64,000 nt of DNA from Myxococcales bacterium UBA1660 (lineage in GTDB: Bacteria; Myxococcota_A; Polyangia; Polyangiales; Houyiibacteriaceae): positions 95,991 through 159,990 of the forward strand of contig DCLA01000010.1 in the NCBI GenBank assembly GCA_002320815.1, written 5' to 3'. Below are positions 55,430 to 64,000 of this stretch, in pieces. Position 1 is the stretch's first letter. Each line of letters starts with the position of its first letter. The notes under the pieces were generated by a model. The model searched no databases and was not told where the DNA came from. It saw only the letters and a program-made list of their open reading frames with translations. A program made the translations under genes and the position numbers.

Positions 55430-56320
55430 ATGGAAGTCACTCTCGTTCAGCGCAGCGTCTACGATCTCCCCTCGAAGCAGCGCGTCGGAGCCATCGTCTT
55501 CGACGGCACCGCGGACATGCAGATCTGGCCCGGCCCCGGCCCCGAGCGGGAGCTCGAGGAGCACTACGGCGCGGGGCTGCAGCGCGCGCTCGACAACGAG
55601 CTGCGCCAGGTCGACGGGAAGAAGCTCGCCATCCCTTCGGTCATCCGCGTCCACCCCGGTCGGCTGCACTGCAACTTCCTCGCATGGGTCGCGTCCCGCG
55701 CGCCGGAGCCCGGCACCGAGCGCTCCAAGGCGCCCGGCGCGGAGGTCCTCTTCGACGGCGTGGTCGAGGCGTTGCGCTTCGCCGCGGGCCGCAGCGTGGA
55801 GAAGGTCGCCTTCCCCGCCCTCGGCGCCGGACCCGACGAGATGGGGCGTGCCGAGCGGCTGGCCATCATCGTGAAGGCCGCCCACTCCTACTACCAAGAG
55901 TGCGTCCAAGCGGGCCGCTCCCCGGTGGTGGAAGAGGTCTTCGTCTGCGAGCCCTCCGGCCCGGCCTTCCGCGACGCGCAGAAGCGCGTGGGTGGCCTGG
56001 TGAAGGCGGTGGAGAAGCAGCTCCGCCCGGTCGAGGTCGCCGAGAAGAAGGAGGCGCGTCGTCGCCTGGCGTCCAAGGGCAGCAGCGGTCGCTCGTCGTC
56101 GAAGGCGAAGACCAAGGCGCCCAGCCTCACCGCGGAAGAGGCGCTGGGCGCCCGCCGCACCGACGTGCGCTACTCGATGCGCAGCACCTACGCCGAGGGC
56201 GACCTCTTCGTCCATCCCAAGTTCGGCGCCGGCAAGGTGGTGGGGCTCCCCGCGCCCGGCCAGATGCTCTGCGTCTTCGAAGACGGGTCCGAGCGCAAGC
56301 TCGTGCACGGGAGGTCCTGA
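55430..56320 (+). CDS. Macro-like domain protein with basic linker and small C-terminal beta domain
   Basis: ATG at 55430. 'VGAIVFDGTADMQ...' and 'VEKVAFPALGAGPDEMG' resemble the macro-domain phosphate-binding loops, but the N-x6-GG motif is degenerate. The C-terminus 'YAEGDLFVHPKFGAGKVVGL...VFEDGSERKLVHG' is DUF3553/Tudor-like. Confidence 0.55.
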   Translation: MEVTLVQRSVYDLPSKQRVGAIVFDGTADMQIWPGPGPERELEEHYGAGLQRALDNELRQVDGKKLAIPSVIRVHPGRLHCNFLAWVASRAPEPGTERSKAPGAEVLFDGVVEALRFAAGRSVEKVAFPALGAGPDEMGRAERLAIIVKAAHSYYQECVQAGRSPVVEEVFVCEPSGPAFRDAQKRVGGLVKAVEKQLRPVEVAEKKEARRRLASKGSSGRSSSKAKTKAPSLTAEEALGARRTDVRYSMRSTYAEGDLFVHPKFGAGKVVGLPAPGQMLCVFEDGSERKLVHGRS

Positions 56321-56919
56321 TGCGTTTGGAAGTCCACCCCGAGACGCCGCAGACGCGGATCATCGCCAAGGCCGTCGACGTGCTGAAGCGCGGCGGGACC
56401 ATCGCGTACCCGACCGACACCGTCTACGCGCTCGGCTGCGACATCTTCGCGAAGAAGGCCTTGGACAAGGTCTATCAGATCAAACAGATGAAGAAGGACC
56501 ACCCGGTGGCCTTCGTCTGCGCCGACCTGAGCGACATCGCCAAGTACGCCGTCGTGGACGACGTGACCTACCGCTTCATGAAGCGGCTGGTGCCCGGGGC
56601 CTACACCTTCATCCTGCCGGCGACCCGCGAGGTCCCGCGCATCCTGATGATGAAGCGCAAGACGGTGGGCATCCGGGTCCCCAACCACCCGGTGCCCCAG
56701 GCGTTGGTCAAGGCGCTGGGGAACCCCATCGTGAGCACCTCGGCCACCTGGGACGGCGAGCAGCTCAACGATCCCGACGACGTCGCCGCCCACTACAAGC
56801 AGTGCGACATCGTGCTCGACGCCGGCTGGGGGATGCTCGAGCCCTCCACGGTGATCGACCTGACCGGGGATGGCTACCAGGTCACCCGCGTCGGCGCGGG
56901 GCCGGTCGACACCCTCTGA
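56320..56919 (+). CDS. L-threonylcarbamoyladenylate synthase family protein (YciO/YrdC/Sua5-like)
   Basis: ATG at 56320 overlaps the upstream TGA by 1 nt. 'GGTIAYPTDTVYALGCD', 'GAYTFILPA' and 'VGIRVPNHPV'. Confidence 0.85.
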   Translation: MRLEVHPETPQTRIIAKAVDVLKRGGTIAYPTDTVYALGCDIFAKKALDKVYQIKQMKKDHPVAFVCADLSDIAKYAVVDDVTYRFMKRLVPGAYTFILPATREVPRILMMKRKTVGIRVPNHPVPQALVKALGNPIVSTSATWDGEQLNDPDDVAAHYKQCDIVLDAGWGMLEPSTVIDLTGDGYQVTRVGAGPVDTL

Positions 56920-56945
56920 CGCTCGCCTTCGGGTAGGCTGGGCGC

Positions 56946-57284
56946 GTGAGCGACATCGGCTTCCACGGGCTGGCGGCGGCCGTCGCTGGCTTGGCGTTCC
57001 TGGCGCTGGCCGGGGCCCTCGCGCTGACCATGATCCTGGTGGTCGTGGTCCGCGCCGCGCGGCGACGACCGCTGGGCAGCCCGGGGCTCGCTGGCGCCGG
57101 GGTCGCCACCGGCCTCTGGGCGCTGGTGGGCACCGTGGCGTTGGTCGCCGCGGAGACGTCGCCTGCGAGCAGCGACGACTCCCTCGCGTTCTGGGGCACC
57201 GCGGGCCTGGTCGTGCCGGTGCTGGTGGCCGTGGCCGTGACCGTCCTGGGCGGTCGGCCGCGCGGCGACGACCTCAGAGGCTGA
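56946..57284 (+). CDS. Small integral membrane protein (3-4 TM)
   Basis: GTG start. The hydrophobic helices are 'LAAAVAGLAFLALAGALALTMILVVVV', 'VATGLWALVGTVALVAA' and 'GLVVPVLVAVAVTVLG'. Confidence 0.55.
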   Translation: MSDIGFHGLAAAVAGLAFLALAGALALTMILVVVVRAARRRPLGSPGLAGAGVATGLWALVGTVALVAAETSPASSDDSLAFWGTAGLVVPVLVAVAVTVLGGRPRGDDLRG

Positions 57285-58182
57285 CGCAGACGAAGTCCTC
57301 GCCGGTCTCCCAGGCGAGGCGCGCATCGGTGCCGGCGACGGCGATGGAGGCCGATCCTCCGCTCTCCCCGACCCAACAGCGGTGCGCCACCGGCTCGTCC
57401 GTGCGCGGACAGGCCTCCGGGGTCTCCACCGCGACCGTCACCTCGCCGGTGTCTTCCAGGGTCCCGGTGCACTGCGACGCGGCGCAGTGCGTGATGGCCT
57501 GGGCGACGGGGAGGGACCCGAAGCATCCATCGCCGCCCAGGCAGACGCCGTCGGTCCCTTCGCTCCAGCGACGATCTCTCCCGGTGCGCCGGCTGACACA
57601 GGTGCGGCGCCGCTCGGCTCCGACGCGGACCGCTTCCACCTCCAGCCGCTGGCCGGCGACCTCGAGGACGTGGCGGCCCGGCGGGAGGCCGGGGAGGGTG
57701 CAAGGAGACTCGGTGATGATGGGACAAGCGACGGGGGGACGACCCACGCACTCGTCGTCGCCGCCGAGATGGGCGCCGACACCATCCAGGCCCACGATCA
57801 GACGGTCGTCCGCCCACTCCCACCGGCACCGCGCGCTCTGAACCAAGGACACCAGCCCGATCGTGAAGGGCTCCCCCGCGGGCACCTCTTGGTCGGCCCA
57901 CTCCATACAGGCCGCGTCGACCCAATCGCTGAGGTCCCCGACGATGCACTCCTCGTCGGCGTTCGCGGTGGCGCCGTCGAGCGAAGTCCCGGCGTCGTCG
58001 CGGTGCGCGTCGCCGCTCTCTCCGTGCGCCGCGCTGCAGGCCGTCCCCAGAGCCATCGCGCCCAGAGCCATCGCGCCCAGAGCCATCGAGCGCAGGGCCA
58101 TCGCGCGCAGGGCCCGAAGGCCCCGGAGTCGTCGTTCATCCCCGTCCACGATCGGGGGGACGGGCTGCGACCCGGCGGCCAT
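57274..58182 (-). CDS. Cys-rich lipoprotein with a repeat-expanded signal peptide
   Basis: '...RAMALRSMALGAMALGAMALGTACSAAHG' is a lipobox signal, followed by a Cys-rich body. The true start is probably one of the internal Met codons. Confidence 0.6.
   Translation of the reverse strand: MAAGSQPVPPIVDGDERRLRGLRALRAMALRSMALGAMALGAMALGTACSAAHGESGDAHRDDAGTSLDGATANADEECIVGDLSDWVDAACMEWADQEVPAGEPFTIGLVSLVQSARCRWEWADDRLIVGLDGVGAHLGGDDECVGRPPVACPIITESPCTLPGLPPGRHVLEVAGQRLEVEAVRVGAERRRTCVSRRTGRDRRWSEGTDGVCLGGDGCFGSLPVAQAITHCAASQCTGTLEDTGEVTVAVETPEACPRTDEPVAHRCWVGESGGSASIAVAGTDARLAWETGEDFVCVSL
58046..58120. repeat. 15-bp tandem repeat (about 5 units) encoding the (M-A-L-G/R-A/S)n signal-peptide core
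   Basis: 'cccagagccatcgcg' occurs twice, followed by the variants 'cccagagccatcgag', 'cgcagggccatcgcg' and 'cgcagggcccgaagg'. Confidence 0.85.
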
Positions 58183-58192
58183 TACGGCGTCG

Positions 58193-58654
58193 TCAGGGGA
58201 CGAAGAGATCGCGTTGGGTGCGGAAGACCTCCGCGGTGCGCCCGTCGGTGGGGGCGTCGCCGACCAGCGCGCGCCACTCGTCGCCGGTGAAGCGGGCGAG
58301 GGCGCGGGCTTCGCCGCGGGACCCGAGGACCACGAAGAGGTGGTCTTCGCCGAGGTCGGCGGTGAGCCCGGTGGTCCGGGCCAGCTCGCGCACCAGGTCG
58401 CGGACCTCGGTCGTCAGCTCGGCGTCCTCGCAGGGAGCATAGGCTCGGTCCAGGCGCTCCCAGCTCCGGGCGAGATCGGCGGCGGCGCTGGGGGAGACCG
58501 GCTCCTCGCGGGGCACCAGGACGCCCTCGAAGAGCTCCCCGTCGTGGTCCGGCAAGGGCAGGAGCCCCAGCCGGCCGGTGGTGGCTTCCCAGAGCACGCG
58601 GGCGCGCGCGATGTCGCCCTGCTGGAGGGCGCGAGCGAAGGGGCGAAGGGTCAC
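58193..58654 (-). CDS. Hypothetical protein translationally coupled to the Ser/Thr kinase
   Basis: GTG at 58654 overlaps the kinase stop (GTGA). The sequence begins 'VTLRPFARALQQGDIARARVLWEATTGRLGLLPLPDHDGELFEGVLV...'. Confidence 0.55.
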   Translation of the reverse strand: MTLRPFARALQQGDIARARVLWEATTGRLGLLPLPDHDGELFEGVLVPREEPVSPSAAADLARSWERLDRAYAPCEDAELTTEVRDLVRELARTTGLTADLGEDHLFVVLGSRGEARALARFTGDEWRALVGDAPTDGRTAEVFRTQRDLFVP

Positions 58655-59643
58655 GAGAGCAAGAGGAAGGCGGCGGCGAGGGCCAGGACCAACACGGCCC
58701 CGACGATGGACGCCACCAGAACGGTGGGAAAGGGTTTGGTGGGCTCGGCGCCGCCGGCGGTGACCGGGGCTCGGCCCATCGGCCGACCGGGGACCGGGAC
58801 CTGCTCGAAGGCGGCCAGCATCTCCTGGCCGTTCTGGAAGCGGTCCTTGGCGGTCTTGGCCAGGGCCTTCTGGATCACCGCGTCGAGGGGCGGCGAGGGA
58901 ACCCAGCCCTCGACCACCTCGTGCAGGTGGGGCGGGGGCTTGGCCAGGTGGGCCTTGAACATGTCCATCCGCGTCTCTTCCATGAACGGCCACATGCCGC
59001 TGAAGAGCTCGAAGAGGATCACGCCGGTGGAGTAGACGTCGGCCCGGGCGTCCACCGGAGCACCGGCGCACTGCTCGGGGGCCATGTAGGCCGGCGTCCC
59101 GAAGACGGCGCCGGTCATGGTGAGCTTGGAGCTCTGGCCCCAGCGCTCGTCGTCGGTGAACTTCACCAGCCCGAAGTCGAGGAGCTTGGCGAAGGGGCGC
59201 CCATCCGGATGGGTCCCGAACCAGACGTTCTCGGTCTTCAGGTCCCGGTGCAGGGCGCCCTGGCCGTGGGCGTAGGCCAGGCCGGCGAGGATCTGGCGGC
59301 CCACCTCGAAAGCGACCGCGGGCTCGAGGGGGCCGTCCTCGACCATCTTGTCCAGGGGGTGGCCCTCGAGGAGCTCCATCGCGATGTACGGCTTGCCGTC
59401 GACGATGCCGAAGTCGTGCACGTGCAGGATGTTCGGGTGCTCCAGGCCGAAGAGGGCCCGGGCCTCGCGCTCGAAGCGGGCGCGGCTCTCCTCCTGGTCG
59501 CCGAGCTCTTCGTGGAGGACCTTGATGGCCACCGGCGGACCGTCCTGCTGCTCGGCGCGATAGACGGCGCCCATGCCGCCTTCCCCGATGAGCTGGGTGA
59601 CGTGATAGCGCTGGTCGATCACTTGGCCGACGAGGGCCATCAT
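58651..59643 (-). CDS. Ser/Thr protein kinase with C-terminal membrane anchor
   Basis: 'LIGEGGMGAVYRA', 'VAIKVL', 'HRDLKTENV', 'DFGLVK' and 'GTPAYMAPEQ'. The C-terminal TM is 'VLVASIVGAVLVLALAAAFLLL'. Confidence 0.9.
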   Translation of the reverse strand: MMALVGQVIDQRYHVTQLIGEGGMGAVYRAEQQDGPPVAIKVLHEELGDQEESRARFEREARALFGLEHPNILHVHDFGIVDGKPYIAMELLEGHPLDKMVEDGPLEPAVAFEVGRQILAGLAYAHGQGALHRDLKTENVWFGTHPDGRPFAKLLDFGLVKFTDDERWGQSSKLTMTGAVFGTPAYMAPEQCAGAPVDARADVYSTGVILFELFSGMWPFMEETRMDMFKAHLAKPPPHLHEVVEGWVPSPPLDAVIQKALAKTAKDRFQNGQEMLAAFEQVPVPGRPMGRAPVTAGGAEPTKPFPTVLVASIVGAVLVLALAAAFLLLS

Positions 59644-59705
59644 CGTCGCTCGCCCCGGGTGGGTCACGCCGCGAGGATGGTAGGACGGGCGCCGAGATTC
59701 AAGCG

Positions 59706-60893
59706 TCAGCCCTCGCGGGGGCCCGATTGGCCCAGGAGAGCCACCACCCGGTCCAGGATCGCGTCGGCGACGGCCGCCTTGCTCCGCCGCGGCAGGGGGT
59801 GGTCCCCGGCGGCGTCCACCAGGGTCACCAGGTTCTCTTCGCCCCCGAAGCCGTCGGCGGCGAGGTTGGCCACCACCAGATCGCACCGCTTCCGCTGGAG
59901 CTTGGCCCGGGCCCGGGCCGCGGCGTCCTCGGTCTCCAGGGCGAAGCCCACCAGGACCGGGTGGGCGCCGGACCGCGCCGCGCCCAGCTCGGCCAGGATG
60001 TCCGGGTTGCGTACCAGCTCCAGGGTCCTCGGCCCCGCGGTCTTGGCGATCTTCGAGGGGGCCTCTTCGGCTGGCCGGTAGTCGGCCACGGCGGCGGCCA
60101 TGATCACCGCGTCGGCGTCGCCCACGTGCTGGCCGATGGCCGCCTGCATGGCGCGGGCGGAGCGGACGTCGATTCGCTCCACGCCCGGCGGCGTGGGCAA
60201 GGCGCTGGGGCCGCTGACCAGGATGGCCCGCGCGCCGCGGCGGGCGGCGCTGGCCGCGAGGGCGAAGCCCATGCGCCCGGTGGAGCGGTTCCCCAGGAAG
60301 CGCACCGGGTCGAGGTCCTCGTGGGTGGGCCCGGCGGAGACCACCACGGTGCGGCCCGCCAGATCCCGCGGGCCCTGCAGATGCGCCACCACGGCGGCGG
60401 CGATGGCCTCGGGCTCGCTCATGCGTCCCTCGCCGGACTCGCCGCTGGCCAGCGCGCCGCGCTCGGGGCCGACCAGGTGGGCGCCATCGGCGGCGAGGGT
60501 GGCCACCACGCGCTGGGTCGCGGGGCGCCCCCACATCCGCCAGTGCATGGCGGGCGCGAAGAAGACGGGGCCCCGCGCACAGGAGAGGGTGGCCAGCACC
60601 GGGTCGTCACCGAGGCCGGCCGCGGCCTTGGCCATCAGGTCCATGGTGGCCGGCGCGACGACGATGGCGTCGGCCCAGCGACCGAGCTCGACGTGCACCT
60701 CGCCCGGGTGGTCCCAGAGGCTGGTCACCACCGGGTGGCCGGTGAGGCCGGCGAAGGTGGCCGGGCCCACGAAGTGCTGGGCGGCGCGGGTCATCACCAC
60801 GCGCACCTCGGCGCCGGCGCGACCCAGCTCCCGGACCAACGAGGCCGCCTTGTAGGCGGCGATGCCTCCAGCGACGGCGACGACGACCTTCAT
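59706..60893 (-). CDS. coaBC: Bifunctional phosphopantothenoylcysteine decarboxylase/phosphopantothenate-cysteine ligase
   Basis: 'MKVVVAVAGGIAAYKAASLVRELGRAGAEVRVVMT' plus C-terminal CoaB collinearity ('SGPTHEDLDPVRFLGNRSTG'). Confidence 0.92.
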   Translation of the reverse strand: MKVVVAVAGGIAAYKAASLVRELGRAGAEVRVVMTRAAQHFVGPATFAGLTGHPVVTSLWDHPGEVHVELGRWADAIVVAPATMDLMAKAAAGLGDDPVLATLSCARGPVFFAPAMHWRMWGRPATQRVVATLAADGAHLVGPERGALASGESGEGRMSEPEAIAAAVVAHLQGPRDLAGRTVVVSAGPTHEDLDPVRFLGNRSTGRMGFALAASAARRGARAILVSGPSALPTPPGVERIDVRSARAMQAAIGQHVGDADAVIMAAAVADYRPAEEAPSKIAKTAGPRTLELVRNPDILAELGAARSGAHPVLVGFALETEDAAARARAKLQRKRCDLVVANLAADGFGGEENLVTLVDAAGDHPLPRRSKAAVADAILDRVVALLGQSGPREG

Positions 60894-60954
60894 GGGACGG
60901 GGTGTAGCGCGGGAGGGGCCGCGGCGTCGAGCGGGCGGGTCCGGGCTCGCCGGG

Positions 60955-61116
60955 TCAGAAGAGGGTGTAGACGAAGGGGGCCACGTAGCTCAGGCCGCCG
61001 GTGAGCAGGAGCAGGCCGCCGGCGAGGACCAGCACCAGGAGCAGCGGGACGAAGAAGAGCTTCCGCCGGCCGACGAAGTGGGCCACGAGCTGCCGCAGGG
61101 TGGTCAGGCGGCTCAT
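60955..61116 (-). CDS. Small membrane protein (DUF5989-like) downstream of the carbamoyltransferase
   Basis: ATG at 61116 overlaps the upstream stop (ATGA). The sequence is 'MSRLTTLRQLVAHFVGRRKLFFVPLLLVLVLAGGLLLLTGGLSYVAPFVYTLF'. Confidence 0.65.
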   Translation of the reverse strand: MSRLTTLRQLVAHFVGRRKLFFVPLLLVLVLAGGLLLLTGGLSYVAPFVYTLF

Positions 61117-62801
61117 CGGGTGATCCGGAGGTCCTCGACGTAGAGCACGTCGGGCTTGCGGCGGACGAAGAAGTCCAGGGCGTCGGTGCCCCGGGCGACC
61201 AGCGGTTCGCCGGCGGCGTTGAGGGAAGTGTGGAGCACCGCGCGCAGGCCGTGGTCGCGTTCCAGGGCCTCGAGGAGCGGGTCGAGGGCGCCGCCGGGCT
61301 CGACGGTCTGGACCCGCGCCGTGCCGTCCACGTGCGTGGCCCCGGCGAGGCCTTCGCCGGCGACCCGGCACACGGTGGTCATCGTCGGGGTCATGTCGTT
61401 GGGCGCGCCCTCGAAGAGGGCCGCGGCGTGGGCCGTGCGGACCGCGGGCGCGAAAGGGCGAAAGGGTTCGCGGCCCTTGATGCGCCGGTTGAGCACGTCG
61501 CGCAGGCTTTCATCGTCGGCTCGGGTCAGCAAGGAGCGTTGGCCGAGCGCGCGCGGGCCCCACTCGGCGCGCCCCTGCACCCAGGCCACGATGGCCCCCT
61601 CGGCCAGTCGCGCGGCGGCATCCGCGGCGGGGTCGGCGACCCGCTCGCCGCGGAGCCCGAGGTGCGCGGCGACCGCGGCGGTGTGCCCGGGGTCCACGCG
61701 GACGCCCAGCGCGGGAGTGAACGACCCGGGGTCCGGGGTGTCGCCGAGTTGGCGCGCGCCGAGGAGGGCCGCCCCCAGCGCGCCTCCCGCGTCACCGGCC
61801 GCGGGGTGGACGTAGACCCGCCCGAAGGGCCCCTCGGCCAGGACCCGCGCGTTGGCCCGGCAGTTGAGCGCGACTCCGCCGGCGAGGACCAGGTGCCGCG
61901 CGCCGCTCCGCCGGTGGGCCGCGCGGGCCAGGCCGAGCACCGCGTCCTCGAGGAGGTCCTGGGCGCTGGCGGCGACGTCGGCGTAGTGGCGGTCGGCGGT
62001 GGCCTCGAGATCCCAGGGGCGGTGGGGATCCCGGGGCGGGCCCAGCGCACGCACCATCGCGTCGCCGTAGGCACGGTCGAGGCGCAGGTGATCCCCGAAG
62101 GCGTCCGGACGCAGGGTGAAGGCGCCATCGTCGTGGAGGGTGACCATCCGGTCCAGGGCTTCCCGGAAGCGGGGCTCGCCGAAGGCGGCGAGGCCCATCA
62201 CCTTGTACTCGCCTTCGTTCACCCGGAAGCCCAGGAACGCGGTGATGGCCGCGTAGAAGAGGCCCAGCGAGTGCGGGTGCTCGAGGGCGGTTAACGCCTC
62301 CGGGCCGCCGGGGCCGGGGCGCCAGATCGCGGTGCTCTCCGCTTCGCCGACGCCGTCGATGGTCAGCGCCACGGCCTCGCCGAAGGGGGCGGTGTCGAGG
62401 GCGCTGGCGGCGTGGCTGGCGTGGTGGGCCACGAAGTCCACCCGGGCTCGAGGGACGCCGCAGTGTGCTGCCAGCTCGTCCAGGACCCAGAGCTTGTCGC
62501 CGAGCTGGTCGCGGAGCGCGCGACGGAAGAAGCGCGCGCCGCGGGGGAAGGCGCCCAGCGCGCCGACCAGGATCCGCTCGAGCTTGCGGTAGGGGTTCTC
62601 GTAGAAGACCACCCGGTCCAGGTCCGGGCCGCGCAGGCCTCCCAGGGCCAGGCAGGCGTCGATGGCCTGGCGGGGGAGGGAGGGATCGTTCTTCACCCGG
62701 GAGAGCCGCTCCTCTTGTTGGGCGGCGACGATCCGGCCGTCGACGACCAGGGCCGCCGCGGCGTCGTGATAGTGCGCGCTGATCCCGAGGACCGCGGCCA
62801 T
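61113..62801 (-). CDS. Carbamoyltransferase (NodU/CmcH family)
   Basis: 'VLGISAHYHDAAAALVVDGRIVAAQQEERLSRVKND' and the C-terminal 'TSLNAAGEPLV'. Confidence 0.9.
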   Translation of the reverse strand: MAAVLGISAHYHDAAAALVVDGRIVAAQQEERLSRVKNDPSLPRQAIDACLALGGLRGPDLDRVVFYENPYRKLERILVGALGAFPRGARFFRRALRDQLGDKLWVLDELAAHCGVPRARVDFVAHHASHAASALDTAPFGEAVALTIDGVGEAESTAIWRPGPGGPEALTALEHPHSLGLFYAAITAFLGFRVNEGEYKVMGLAAFGEPRFREALDRMVTLHDDGAFTLRPDAFGDHLRLDRAYGDAMVRALGPPRDPHRPWDLEATADRHYADVAASAQDLLEDAVLGLARAAHRRSGARHLVLAGGVALNCRANARVLAEGPFGRVYVHPAAGDAGGALGAALLGARQLGDTPDPGSFTPALGVRVDPGHTAAVAAHLGLRGERVADPAADAAARLAEGAIVAWVQGRAEWGPRALGQRSLLTRADDESLRDVLNRRIKGREPFRPFAPAVRTAHAAALFEGAPNDMTPTMTTVCRVAGEGLAGATHVDGTARVQTVEPGGALDPLLEALERDHGLRAVLHTSLNAAGEPLVARGTDALDFFVRRKPDVLYVEDLRITR

Positions 62802-63427
62802 CAGCGCCAGCCCGCGGGACCGCGGCGGACCAGCGCCGCCAGCGGCGCCGAGAGGAGATACAGGAGGCCCATGGTGAGCGCGAAGAGGGGCTCGGTGAGC
62901 GCGCCGCCGGCCCGGCGCCAGCGCATGCCCCGGTCCAGCCAGCGCGCCCGGCGGGTGGCCCGCGGCTCGCCGACCGCCGTGAGGAGCTCGGCGGTGTAGG
63001 CCTCGTGGCGTCGCTCGTCGGCGAGGATGGATCGCAGCGCGTTGGCCAGCGCCGGATCTCGCTTCTCGAAGAAGCGCACGTGGGCCTCGAACTGGCGCCG
63101 GCCCCGGCGTTCACCGAGGTGCACGAAAGCGAGGAAGGCCGCCTCGCCCAGGCGCGCGAAGAGGTGCGCGTGACCGCGGCGGGGGAGCATCGAGGGGGCC
63201 TGCTTGGCGAGCTCCGCGCGGCGCAGGAGGATCTGCGCGTGGCGCGCCTCGTCGGCGGCGTGCTCCAGGTAGCGGGCCGCGCGCGCGGCGTCGGTGGTCA
63301 GCGCCGCGGCGCAGCGGAGCTCGAGCGCGCTCTCCGCCTCGGCCTCCGCGAAGGCCAGGAGCCGGCGCCAGGTGCGCCCGGGCAGGCGCCAGCTCAGCGT
63401 GTAGACGAAGTCGGCCAGAGCCCTCAC
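62801..63427 (-). CDS. Ferritin-like/rubrerythrin-like helical protein with C-terminal TM
   Basis: Its stop overlaps the carbamoyltransferase start. Paired 'E..H' helices are 'LEHAADEARHAQIL' and 'ILADERRHEAYTAEL'. The hydrophobic tail is 'LFALTMGLLYLLSAPLAAL'. Confidence 0.55.
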   Translation of the reverse strand: MRALADFVYTLSWRLPGRTWRRLLAFAEAEAESALELRCAAALTTDAARAARYLEHAADEARHAQILLRRAELAKQAPSMLPRRGHAHLFARLGEAAFLAFVHLGERRGRRQFEAHVRFFEKRDPALANALRSILADERRHEAYTAELLTAVGEPRATRRARWLDRGMRWRRAGGALTEPLFALTMGLLYLLSAPLAALVRRGPAGWR

Positions 63428-63918
63428 GGCGTCGCCCCGGCGCAGACTCCGCCGCCCTGCCAGGGGATGCAGTCACCGCTCGCGCACGGGTGCGCGTCGT
63501 CGCAGGCGGCGAAGCATTGGCCCACGGTGGCCACCGGTACCTCGCCCGCGGCGCACTCGGGCGGCGCGCGCCCGTCGCCCTGCACGCAGTGGAGCAGCGC
63601 CTCGCAGTCGTCGGCGTGGGCCGCGAAGCACTCGTCGGTGAGCGCGCCGAAGGCGTGCTGGCAGGTGGTGCCCTCGCACTCGGGCCATTCGGCGTAGCGG
63701 TCCAGGTGGTTGCGGCAGACCTTCTCGGCGACGACCTCCTGGTGGCAGGCGCAGAGCCGGTCGGCGCGCTCGTCGCTGGCGCGGGTGGGCACCTCGGCGG
63801 GGCGGGCCGCGCCGAAGGCCATGACCGGGGTGCCGTCCTCCCAGCCCACGGTGAGCGTCTGCGAGCGGTCGCTCCAGTGGAACTCGGCGCGCACCTCGTG
63901 GCCCGCCGCGAGGGGCAC
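63424..63918 (-). CDS. Cys-rich protein (N-terminus uncertain, may extend toward the window edge)
   Basis: Its stop overlaps the next gene's start. The C-terminal half is rich in Cys/His ('CACHQEVVAEKVCRNH', 'CEGTTCQHAF', 'CFAACDDAHPCASGDCIPW'). The frame stays open upstream of 63918. Confidence 0.5.
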   Translation of the reverse strand: MPLAAGHEVRAEFHWSDRSQTLTVGWEDGTPVMAFGAARPAEVPTRASDERADRLCACHQEVVAEKVCRNHLDRYAEWPECEGTTCQHAFGALTDECFAAHADDCEALLHCVQGDGRAPPECAAGEVPVATVGQCFAACDDAHPCASGDCIPWQGGGVCAGATP

Positions 63919-64000
63919 GATGAGGTCCGCCGCGTCGGCGGTGACCAGGACCAGGGTGTCCAGGCCGGGCTCGGCGGGCGCGATGGCCGTGGGCAGCGAG

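Overview
This is a very high-G+C bacterial chromosome segment. It is most likely Myxococcota, given a MYXO-CTERM sorting tail at 44459-45436, many Asp/Gly-rich lipoproteins with L-x-G-C lipoboxes, and a DUF1592/DUF1552 pair. Most of the window is core metabolism and housekeeping: accB/accC/accD, aroQ, folC, hemE/hemY, asd, truA, coaBC, mutT, pgeF, mpg, apaG, sulfite reductase and five tRNAs. These are interspersed with lineage-typical secreted, lipoprotein and TPR genes. Many long ORFs in the supplied track are antisense or out-of-frame high-GC artefacts (Arg/Pro/Gly-rich) and are not called. Four regions stand out. (1) A visibly lower-G+C island (about 16.5-21.3 kb) sits directly 3' of tRNA-Gly(CCC). 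It carries five co-oriented genes: a DUF4365-like PD-(D/E)XK nuclease translationally coupled to an orphan 377-aa protein, then a STAS+SpoIIAB/RsbW-like GHKL kinase fusion, a DUF4325 STAS-like protein and a double-TM protein, plus a tyrosine-integrase C-terminal remnant. I consider this the best candidate for an undescribed conflict/defence system. (2) A four-gene, translationally coupled radical-SAM cassette (38.5-42.6 kb) resembles the His-Xaa-Ser (Hxs) maturase system. It lacks a recognisable HxsA peptide, and one radical-SAM enzyme is fused to a methyltransferase. A non-coding 110-bp tandem repeat follows it. (3) A secreted three-gene operon (6.8-11.6 kb) has a middle protein that looks like a vitellogenin-N/large-lipid-transfer module. 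(4) A tRNA-Leu has an apparent A34 (AAG) anticodon. All functional calls come from motif recognition by eye; no database search was run.
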